The position numbers and the translations under genes were made by a program. DNA of 64,000 nt from an uncultured Bacteroidia bacterium (GTDB lineage Bacteria > Bacteroidota > Bacteroidia > Bacteroidales > CAJPTX01), in NCBI GenBank assembly GCA_963546395.1, contig CAUUMS010000002.1, positions 12,585 to 76,584 on the forward strand, written 5' to 3'. Below are positions 47,251 through 54,799 of the stretch, one piece after another. Below the pieces are notes generated by a model, which worked only from the letters and a program-made list of their open reading frames with translations, did not search any database and was not told the origin of the DNA. Position 1 is the stretch's first letter, and the number at the start of each line of letters is the position of its first letter.

Positions 47251-48104
47251 TACTCGAGCATGGGATCTGGGCCGTACTGCGTGTCGAGTAGGCTGCGACT
47301 GTAGACATCCATGGCGCGACGGCTCATGCCCATGCTGCTGAAACCCCCGTCGTGATAGAGGTTCTGCATGGTGATCTTGCGGGTCATGTCGCTGAATAGC
47401 ATCACGCAGAACTGGGCGCACTCGTGGGCATCGGCATTGCCCAGGGGCGACATGCGGTTGGCGAAGTCCATGAGTCCATCAAAGCCCTTAACGCCGCTCC
47501 CTGCAGTGGTGAGGGTGGGTGATTGCGAGACGGTGTTAATGCGCACCTTGCGATCGCGGCCGTAGATGTAGCCGAAGCTCCGGGCGATGGATTCTAGCAG
47601 TGCCTTGGCATCGGCCATATCGTTATAGCCGAAGAGGGTGCGCTGCGCAGCGATGTAGCTGAGGGCTACCACCGAGCCCCATTGCACGATGGCATCATTC
47701 TTCCAGAGCACCTGTAGCAGCTTGTGGAACGAGATGGCTGAGATGTCGAGGGTCTTGGAGAAGAAGTCGTAGTCGAGGTCGTCGTAGGTTTTGTTACGCC
47801 GCACGTTGAGCGACATGCCGATGGCGTGGAGCACGAAGTCGAATTGCCCCCCGAAGTGCGTCATGGCCTGCTCCACCAGGTGTTGCAGATCCTCCATGCT
47901 AGTGGCATCGGCCGCTATCACCGGAGCCTGGCATTTCTCGGCTAGCGCATCGAGGGTGCCCATGCGCATGGCGAGCGGGGTGTTGGTCAGAATGATCTCT
48001 GCCCCCTCTTCTCGGGCCAGCTCGGCTACCTTCCAGGCGATGGAGCGGTCATTGAGCGCCCCGAATATGATACCCTTCTTTCCTTTCAGCAGATTGTAAG
48101 CCAT
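47250..48104 (-). CDS. fabI: enoyl-ACP reductase (NADH)
   Basis: LKGKKGIIFG Rossmann start and the SYIAAQR...K catalytic region. Confidence 0.92.
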   Translation of the reverse strand: MAYNLLKGKKGIIFGALNDRSIAWKVAELAREEGAEIILTNTPLAMRMGTLDALAEKCQAPVIAADATSMEDLQHLVEQAMTHFGGQFDFVLHAIGMSLNVRRNKTYDDLDYDFFSKTLDISAISFHKLLQVLWKNDAIVQWGSVVALSYIAAQRTLFGYNDMADAKALLESIARSFGYIYGRDRKVRINTVSQSPTLTTAGSGVKGFDGLMDFANRMSPLGNADAHECAQFCVMLFSDMTRKITMQNLYHDGGFSSMGMSRRAMDVYSRSLLDTQYGPDPMLE

Positions 48105-48126
48105 GTCGTTTGCTTGCGTTTAGGGG

Positions 48127-49803
48127 CTATGAGTTGAGGTGTGCGGCCGTCAGCAGCTCGCGCGCATTCTGGAGTGCCGCCTCGCCAACGGATTCGCCGC
48201 TTAGCATCTTGGCTATCTCGTGTACGCGCTCTTGCGGGTCGAGGAGGCGAATGCGGGAGTTGGTGCCCTCGGCGTCGCGCTCTTTGTAGACTAGGAAGTG
48301 ATGCTCGCCGCATGCGGCGATCTGGGGGAGGTGGGTGACGTTGATGACCTGAAGGCTCTGCGACATCTCGCTCAGGATGGCCCCCATCTGGGTGGCCACG
48401 AGACCCGAGACCCCATTGTCTATCTCATCGAAGACGATGGTGGGGAGTGCTGTGGAGAGCGCAAGCTGACGCTTGAGGCTCAGCATGACACGCGACATCT
48501 CGCCCCCCGAGGCCACACGGGCCAGGGGCTGAGGGGGAATCTGCGGATTGGCGGTGAAGAGCAGCTGCACCGCATCCGACCCAGTGGGCCCGGGCTCTGG
48601 GGTGGGTGATACGTCGACGCAGAACTGCGCATGCGGTATGCCCACCTGGCGGAGGGTCTCCTCCACATGTTGCCCTAGCAGCGGGGCCGCGGCACATCGG
48701 GCTTCGTGCAGTGCCTGACCAAGGGTATCGAGCTCGGCGCGCTGTTTCCCGAGCGTGGACTCGAGCTCTTGGATCTTCTCGTCGAAGTGCAGGACATTCT
48801 CAATGCGATTCCCCAGCGTCTCTTGCAGGGATAGGAGCTCGGCGATATTCGCGCACCGGTGTTTGGCCATCAGCTGGTGGAGGAGGGCTAGGCGATCTTC
48901 CACTCGCTGTAGCTCGTCGGGGTCGGCATCCGCTTGTGTGAGCCGCTGCTCGATCTCCTGTGCTAGATCCCGGAGCTCAATGCGGACGGAGTCGGCGCGC
49001 TGTTGCAGGCTCTCGGTGGTGTGATCCACACGCGCGCAGCGGTCTAGGTGCGCACGTAGGGTGTGCAGGGCAGTGAGTGCACCCGGGGTGTCCTCGTCTC
49101 CCTGAAGGAGGGCGAGGGCCTGGGTATAATTCTGCATGAGCTCGTCGGCATGGGCGAGCCGCTGCTGCTGGAGCCCTAGCTCTTCTAGCTCGTCGGGCTG
49201 TAGCCGGGCTTGCATGAGCTCCTCATGCTGGTGAAGGGTGTACTCATGCTCGCTGAGGGTTTTGGCTTGCTCGCTCCGTAGCTGCCGTAGCTGCTGGCTG
49301 GTGGCCATCCATTGGCTGTACATCTCACCGTAGCTGCGCACGAGCGGTGTCAACTTGGCAAAGGCATCGAGCACGGAGAGCTGGAATGGGGCATCCTGGA
49401 GCAAGAGGTTGGCGTGCTGGGAGTGGATGTCGATGATGCGCTCAGCGACATCGCGGAGTACGCCCAGGGTGACGGGGACATCGTTGATGAAGGCGCGCGA
49501 TTTCCCGTTGTCGCCCACCATGCGCCGAATGGTGAGCTGGTCGTCGTAGTCGAGCCCATTGGCCTCGAGGAGCGATTGCAGGGAGTACTGGCGGATGTCG
49601 AAAAGAGCCTCCACCACGCACTGCTTCTCGCCCGGGCGAATGACCGAGGCCTCGGCTCGCTGCCCGAGGATGAGTCCCAGAGCGCCGAGCAGAATGGATT
49701 TACCAGCCCCTGTCTCCCCCGTGATGGTGTTGAGCCCTGGGTAGAGGTCGAGATCCAGCGTGTCGATCAGCGCGTAATGCCTAATGTGCAGGTGCCGCAG
49801 CAT
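48127..49803 (-). CDS. recN: DNA repair protein RecN
   Basis: Walker A GETGAGKSIL, long coiled coil, ASGGEMSRVMLSLK signature and Walker B VFDEID. Confidence 0.93.
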   Translation of the reverse strand: MLRHLHIRHYALIDTLDLDLYPGLNTITGETGAGKSILLGALGLILGQRAEASVIRPGEKQCVVEALFDIRQYSLQSLLEANGLDYDDQLTIRRMVGDNGKSRAFINDVPVTLGVLRDVAERIIDIHSQHANLLLQDAPFQLSVLDAFAKLTPLVRSYGEMYSQWMATSQQLRQLRSEQAKTLSEHEYTLHQHEELMQARLQPDELEELGLQQQRLAHADELMQNYTQALALLQGDEDTPGALTALHTLRAHLDRCARVDHTTESLQQRADSVRIELRDLAQEIEQRLTQADADPDELQRVEDRLALLHQLMAKHRCANIAELLSLQETLGNRIENVLHFDEKIQELESTLGKQRAELDTLGQALHEARCAAAPLLGQHVEETLRQVGIPHAQFCVDVSPTPEPGPTGSDAVQLLFTANPQIPPQPLARVASGGEMSRVMLSLKRQLALSTALPTIVFDEIDNGVSGLVATQMGAILSEMSQSLQVINVTHLPQIAACGEHHFLVYKERDAEGTNSRIRLLDPQERVHEIAKMLSGESVGEAALQNARELLTAAHLNS

Positions 49804-49809
49804 GGGGGG

Positions 49810-50736
49810 CTAGGATTGGGGCTTCTTGAGCATGTCGTCGTAACGCTTGGCGTTGGTGTTGTCTATCTCGCGCAGCACGTTGACGGCTTTGGCCCGCTCG
49901 GTGGAGGGCGACTGCTCAAAGGTGGAGATGAGCTCCTCGCGCTTGGCATCGAGGAAGAGCTGAAGGGCGAACATGTCGGGATCGGGCTTCTGGCGATACA
50001 CCTTCTGCACCTCGAGCAAGGCCTGTAGCATCTGCGCCCGACCCTCGTTGAGCTTGTCGGCCATGAGGTCGAGCCCGCGGCGGTGGTAGGTGTACATGGC
50101 GCGGCGCAAGGGCCTATACTTATCGCTGAGCATGTTGGCCGCTATCCAGAAACGGTTCTTGCGGTTCCCCTCGTAGGCTTTCCACCCGCGCTCGGGGGCG
50201 TTTTGGGCATTCTGCACTACCTGCTCGGCTTTCTCGAAGTAGGGAGTGCCCCCGAGGGGTGAGAAGGTGTCATAATCGTACCCGAGCACGATGTACACGT
50301 AGAAGGCGAGGATGGCCGTGAGATTGCTCAGGTGGGCCGATTCGCTGAACTCGAGCTTCTCGTTCTCGATGTACTTGAACTGGATGTTATTATCCAGGAT
50401 GTTGATGAGCGGCGCATTGTAGGAGGTGCCGAAAATGGGGCGGCGCGATTGCACGTTGAGAGTGCCCTTGTACTCGTCGGAGCCCACCTGCTCGTTGAGC
50501 GTGAATATCATGGTGCACTCTATGCGCTCGCTCTCGCTGTAGACATGCTCAGTCCACTGGGTGCTGTTGAGGAACTCGTACAGGGCACTCTGCATGGTCT
50601 GGAAGACATTGCGGTTGGTACCCTGAATCTTCTGCGAGTTGATCTGGATGTTGCATTTGAGCTCTTGCCCCCCGGCAGGGAGCACTGGCAGTGCGAGTGC
50701 CAGCAGTGCGCTGACGATGTATGCAGTAACTTTCAT
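49810..50736 (-). CDS. DUF4835-family protein (annotated in some databases as T9SS-associated PorD, from recollection)
   Basis: Signal peptide, ~300 aa, and the conserved Bacteroidota position between recN and coaBC. Confidence 0.65.
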   Translation of the reverse strand: MKVTAYIVSALLALALPVLPAGGQELKCNIQINSQKIQGTNRNVFQTMQSALYEFLNSTQWTEHVYSESERIECTMIFTLNEQVGSDEYKGTLNVQSRRPIFGTSYNAPLINILDNNIQFKYIENEKLEFSESAHLSNLTAILAFYVYIVLGYDYDTFSPLGGTPYFEKAEQVVQNAQNAPERGWKAYEGNRKNRFWIAANMLSDKYRPLRRAMYTYHRRGLDLMADKLNEGRAQMLQALLEVQKVYRQKPDPDMFALQLFLDAKREELISTFEQSPSTERAKAVNVLREIDNTNAKRYDDMLKKPQS

Positions 50737-51950
50737 TGCCCGGCGGCGGTTAGTAGTTGGGCAAGCTGATCCACGATGTGCTGAGCCAGGGTGGACTTCT
50801 CCTCCACCGGGCGTGGCTCGGCGTGCCCGTCTGCAAAAATGAGGGTGGCTTGATTGGTGCTGCTATCGAAGCCCGAGATGTGGGGTACGGGCGTGTTGAG
50901 CACGCAGAGGTCGAGGCGTTTGCGCTGTAGCTTAGCCAGGGCGTTCGCAGGCCCGTCGTGGGTCTCGAGCGCAAAGCCGATGAGGCGTTGCTGTGGCCCC
51001 TTGGTGGCTCCCAGGCTGGCGGCTATGTCGGGGCAAGCCTCTAGGCTAATCTGCAAGGTGGAGCCCGTGCGCTTTATCTTAGCCGTGGCTGGACTGGATG
51101 GGGTGTAGTCGGCCACCGCAGCAGCCATGATGCCGGCATCCATCTTGGGCCACAGGGCCAGGGCTGCGTCGGCCATCTCCCGGGCTGTAGCCACCTGCGT
51201 GACGTGTACCTGGCTGCTGGGACTGGGGATGTACTGCGCCGGGCCGGTGATGCAGTGCACGGTGGCACCTGCGGCCACTAGGGCCTCGGCCAGGGCAGTG
51301 CCCATGCGTCCGCTGGAGCTGTTGGAGATGTAGCGAACCGGATCGATGTGCTCCCGGGTGGGCCCAGAGGTGAGTAGCACATTGCGCCCAGCCAGCGGCT
51401 TTTGCGTGGGGGCTAGTGCCTGCTGGATGACAGCCAGAATGGCCTCAGGCTCGGCCATGCGCCCCTTGCCTTCGAGTCCGCTGGCTAGAAACCCGGAGTC
51501 GGGCTCAATGGTGCGCACGCCATCCCGCAGCAACTGCGAGATGTTACGCTGGGTGGCGGGGTGCTGGTACATGTCCAGATCCATGGCCGGGGCCACGATT
51601 GTTGGACAGCGTGCCGAGAGGTAGGTGGTGAGTAGCAGATTGTCGCACACCCCAGTGGCCATCTTCGCCATGGTGTTGGCTGTGGCTGGGGCAATGACGA
51701 GCAGGTCGGCCCATAGCCCCAGCGAGACGTGGCTATTCCACTGCCCATCGCTGGGGTTGAAGAACTCTGTCAGAATGGGGTTCTGGCTTAGGGTTGCCAG
51801 GGTGAGCGGGGTGACAAATTCCCTCGCCGTGGGTGTGAGTAGCACACGCACCTCCGCCCCGTTGCGCTTGAGCAGGCGAACGAGGTGGGCGGTCTTATAG
51901 GCTGCAATGCCGCCCGTGATGCCCACGATGATACGCTTGCCACCGAGCAT
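50733..51950 (-). CDS. coaBC: bifunctional phosphopantothenoylcysteine decarboxylase / phosphopantothenate-cysteine ligase
   Basis: GITGGIAAYK flavoprotein N-terminus, APAMD and the SSGRMG ligase motif. Confidence 0.93.
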   Translation of the reverse strand: MLGGKRIIVGITGGIAAYKTAHLVRLLKRNGAEVRVLLTPTAREFVTPLTLATLSQNPILTEFFNPSDGQWNSHVSLGLWADLLVIAPATANTMAKMATGVCDNLLLTTYLSARCPTIVAPAMDLDMYQHPATQRNISQLLRDGVRTIEPDSGFLASGLEGKGRMAEPEAILAVIQQALAPTQKPLAGRNVLLTSGPTREHIDPVRYISNSSSGRMGTALAEALVAAGATVHCITGPAQYIPSPSSQVHVTQVATAREMADAALALWPKMDAGIMAAAVADYTPSSPATAKIKRTGSTLQISLEACPDIAASLGATKGPQQRLIGFALETHDGPANALAKLQRKRLDLCVLNTPVPHISGFDSSTNQATLIFADGHAEPRPVEEKSTLAQHIVDQLAQLLTAAGQ

Positions 51951-51970
51951 CGGGGGAGGGGCGAGGGTGT

Positions 51971-52336
51971 CTACTCGGCAGACAGGGTGTCAGCCTCGTC
52001 GGTAGGTGCTTGCTCGGTGGTGAATTCGACGCGGTGCACCACGTACTCCTGGGTGGCGAGGAGGGCTGGCTTTGCCATGCGCTCGTACTGGCGCGAGAGC
52101 TCTATCTGCTCCTCGTCCTGAAAGATCTCGCGCTCGGGCGAGTCGCCCATGTAGGCAAACTCGTCGAGCTTGCGATGGAGCTCCTGGCTGAGGTCGCAGG
52201 TGATCTGATCGGCCCGGCGTGCTATCACCACCGCAGTCTCGTAGATGTTACCCGTCTGCTCCGCAAGATCCATGACGTTGCGGGTGATGGTGTTGTGAGG
52301 CGCATTCAGCTTGCGGTACTCGAGTATCTTATCCAT
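51971..52336 (-). CDS. rpoZ: DNA-directed RNA polymerase subunit omega (Bacteroidota long form)
   Basis: NIYETAVVIARRA core and its position between bamD and coaBC. Confidence 0.75.
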   Translation of the reverse strand: MDKILEYRKLNAPHNTITRNVMDLAEQTGNIYETAVVIARRADQITCDLSQELHRKLDEFAYMGDSPEREIFQDEEQIELSRQYERMAKPALLATQEYVVHRVEFTTEQAPTDEADTLSAE

Positions 52337-52397
52337 GGGATAGGCGATTTGCTATGTAAGATGCCGTCCGCCCTACGTGGGAATGGGCTGGCAGGGC

Positions 52398-53243
52398 CTA
52401 CTTATTCAGGAATTCGGGGTCGGGTGACTTACCCAGGAACTCCATGGCCCGGCGGTAGTACTGCTTGGCCTCGGAGGCGTACTGGGACTTCGGGAACTCG
52501 CTGATGAAGGAGAGGAACTCATCGACAGACTGCTGATAGCGTTCCCGCTGCTTCTCGGAAATGCTATTCTTCGCCATAAGGTATGAGCTCTTGAGGATGA
52601 GGAATAGCTGCTCCTCGCGGTAGGGGCTGATGGGGTACTTCTCCAGGCTGTACTTGAACGCCACGATGGCCGACCGGTAGAGCTCCTGCCGGTAGTAGGT
52701 CTTGGCTGCATCGTAGTTCTTTTGCATCAGCTTGCTGTAGAGATCCTTCAGGCACTTATCGACCTCGAACAGGTGTGAGCTCTTTGGGAACTGCTCACGA
52801 AACTGCTGAAAGAGGGCGATCGACTTGAGGGTGAGCTCCTGATCGAGCGATGGGCGTGGCGAGGCAAGGTAATTGCAGTAGCCAGCCAGGAAGAGCGCCT
52901 CCTCGTAGAAGGTGCTACGAGGATAATTGGTGGTAAACTGCTCGAATGAGTAACCCGCCAGCATGTAATTCTTGTCGCGGTAGTAGCAGTCGGCCAGGTA
53001 GTAGTAGGCACTATCGGCCCGCGCACTGGCTCGGGAGAGCGGCGCAATCTTCTCGAGTAGCTGGATGGTCTTGTCGTACTTGCCCCGACCGTAATAATCG
53101 AGCGCAGCCTTCCACTGACGCTGCGTGTCGTTGCTCTTGAGTAGCTTCTCGAAATTATTACATGACACCAGCGGCAACACCAGTGCCACTAGCAGAGATA
53201 GCCCGAGGATTCGGGATCCTCGATGTGTATGGAGTTTGTGCAT
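52398..53243 (-). CDS. bamD: outer membrane protein assembly factor BamD
   Basis: Lipobox LPLVSC and TPR-like repeats with Y-rich helices. Confidence 0.8.
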   Translation of the reverse strand: MHKLHTHRGSRILGLSLLVALVLPLVSCNNFEKLLKSNDTQRQWKAALDYYGRGKYDKTIQLLEKIAPLSRASARADSAYYYLADCYYRDKNYMLAGYSFEQFTTNYPRSTFYEEALFLAGYCNYLASPRPSLDQELTLKSIALFQQFREQFPKSSHLFEVDKCLKDLYSKLMQKNYDAAKTYYRQELYRSAIVAFKYSLEKYPISPYREEQLFLILKSSYLMAKNSISEKQRERYQQSVDEFLSFISEFPKSQYASEAKQYYRRAMEFLGKSPDPEFLNK

Positions 53244-53257
53244 AGGTATGTTTGGCG

Positions 53258-53265
53258 CAAAGGTA
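53258..53265 (-). promoter_or_regulatory. candidate -7 box TACCTTTG (CTACCTTTGCG) for the bamD operon
   Basis: Matches TAnnTTTG on the minus strand, ending 14 nt before the bamD ATG, which implies a very short leader. Confidence 0.45.
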
Positions 53266-53332
53266 GGCTTTTTTCAAAAATGCGGTGCCCATTGTGCTAG
53301 CCTGGGAAGAACGTAGTTCTGGGCGATTTTCT

Positions 53333-53340
53333 TACATTTG
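53333..53340 (+). promoter_or_regulatory. candidate -7 box TACATTTG
   Basis: Matches TAnnTTTG, ending 51 nt before the ATG at 53392. Confidence 0.45.
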
Positions 53341-53391
53341 TGGGTAGGGATTGATGCCCGCTATGGGCATCCTAAACCAGCGTATCCGATA

Positions 53392-53937
53392 ATGGCCCAC
53401 ATTATAAGCGTTCGGGGGATGACTCCCCGCATTGGTAAGAATTGCTTTCTGGCCGAGACGGCCGTTATCATCGGCGACGTGGAGATCGGCGACGATTGCA
53501 GCATCTGGTATGGGGCAGTGCTACGTGGCGATGTGAATCCTATTCGCCTGGGCCGCGGCGTGAATGTGCAGGATAACGCCGTGCTGCACACCCTACATCA
53601 GAAGTCGGTGGTTACGGTGGGCGATAATGTCTCCATTGGGCATAATGCCACAGTGCACGGGGCCGATGTGCACGCTGGGGCCTTGGTGGGCATGGGGGCT
53701 ACGGTGCTCGACTATGCCCAGGTGGGTGAGGGGGCTATTGTGGCCGCAGGGTCGCTAGTGCTGAGCAGGTGTGAGATTCCTCCCCGGGCACTGTTTGCAG
53801 GCGTGCCAGCCAAATTTGTCAAGACGCTCACCGATGAGCAGAGCCGTAGTATGGCTCTGGCCACGGCAGAGGGTTACCGGACGTACGCAAGCTGGTTCCT
53901 CGCCCCCGATGTGGTGCGCGAGGAGCGTATGTCGTAG
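53392..53937 (+). CDS. gamma-class carbonic anhydrase-like / hexapeptide-repeat protein
   Basis: Left-handed beta-helix hexapeptide repeats: IGDDCSIWYGAVLRGD, VNVQDNAVLH, IGHNATVHG. Confidence 0.85.
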   Translation: MAHIISVRGMTPRIGKNCFLAETAVIIGDVEIGDDCSIWYGAVLRGDVNPIRLGRGVNVQDNAVLHTLHQKSVVTVGDNVSIGHNATVHGADVHAGALVGMGATVLDYAQVGEGAIVAAGSLVLSRCEIPPRALFAGVPAKFVKTLTDEQSRSMALATAEGYRTYASWFLAPDVVREERMS

Positions 53938-54019
53938 CAGAAGTCCGTACCGACAGCTATTCTGCTCCCTGCGCGCATGTGGAGTGGTAGGGCGACGGGC
54001 CGGGTCGGGAGGAAAGACC

Positions 54020-54685
54020 TCATGGAATCTGCTCTAGGTCTTCGGGTGATAGCACGCTGATAGAGGCTCCGTGCCGTATGATGTGCCCCTTGCGGACGAG
54101 GCTCGTGAGCGCACGGGATAGGACTTCCCGGCTGCATCCAATCAGCTGCGCCAGCTGTGTCTGCCCCAGGGGGAGTGCTAGCGTATCGCCGTGCGCAGAT
54201 TGCCTATGTAGACGGGCGAGTAGGAATGCCGTGCGTCCCTCGACGCTTTTACTCAGCATGGCCTGATGCCATCGCAGCACCGCTTGAGTCTCGCAGGCGC
54301 ATACCTCCGCTAGATGAAAGGCTAGGTCGGGGTTCTTACGGGCCGCATTCAGTAGCACGCTGCGAGGTATTGCCATGATGCGTGCGGGCATGAAGGCTTG
54401 TACCAGGTAAGTCGTGGTGCTATTGCAGAGGGAAGTGGATAGGTTGAGCCACGTCTGCCCGAGTGCCAGCTGTGGCACGGGTGCTTCTTGTGCTCCTATC
54501 GAGGGTTGAATGATTGCTCCGCCCTCCAACAGGTAAATGCAGGGGGCATTGGGTAGCAATGTGGCGTGAAAGCTCTGCTTTTTTGACAGTGTGCTGATGT
54601 TGGCCTGCTCGGCGAGTCGGATGAGCTGCAACGCTGGTAGGAAGCGGAGTTGGGGCATCTGCTGGGCAAACTCAACGGCGGTCAT
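54020..54685 (-). CDS. Crp/Fnr-family transcriptional regulator
   Basis: N-terminal cNMP-like barrel and a C-terminal HTH, TQLAQLIGCSREVLSRAL. The HTH matches the E. coli CRP recognition helix GCSRETVGR, including the R-E-x-x-x-R base contacts. The start is taken at MTAVEF (ATG at 54685). Confidence 0.85.
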   Translation of the reverse strand: MTAVEFAQQMPQLRFLPALQLIRLAEQANISTLSKKQSFHATLLPNAPCIYLLEGGAIIQPSIGAQEAPVPQLALGQTWLNLSTSLCNSTTTYLVQAFMPARIMAIPRSVLLNAARKNPDLAFHLAEVCACETQAVLRWHQAMLSKSVEGRTAFLLARLHRQSAHGDTLALPLGQTQLAQLIGCSREVLSRALTSLVRKGHIIRHGASISVLSPEDLEQIP

Positions 54686-54709
54686 TCGGCGTGACGGTTT
54701 TATTGCCTG

Positions 54710-54725
54710 TGTGATTTTTATCACA
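54710..54725. promoter_or_regulatory. perfect CRP-type palindrome TGTGA-TTTTTA-TCACA in the divergent intergenic region
   Basis: Read directly: tgtga (54710-14), ttttta, tcaca (54721-25). It lies between the crp-like ATG (54685) and the operon ATG (54800). Confidence 0.7.
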
Positions 54726-54799
54726 ATGATAGTAATTTCCGCAGGAATTCGCCGTAAAGTGTGCAACCCTTGGCGGGGTGAAACCGTTCTGGGTGTCGT

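Noticed and set aside
47251-47260. A preQ1 riboswitch upstream of queC/queE.
   Set aside because: The queC start overlaps the fabI stop (TAATG) and queE follows queC by 4 bp. There is no leader region in which a riboswitch could sit.
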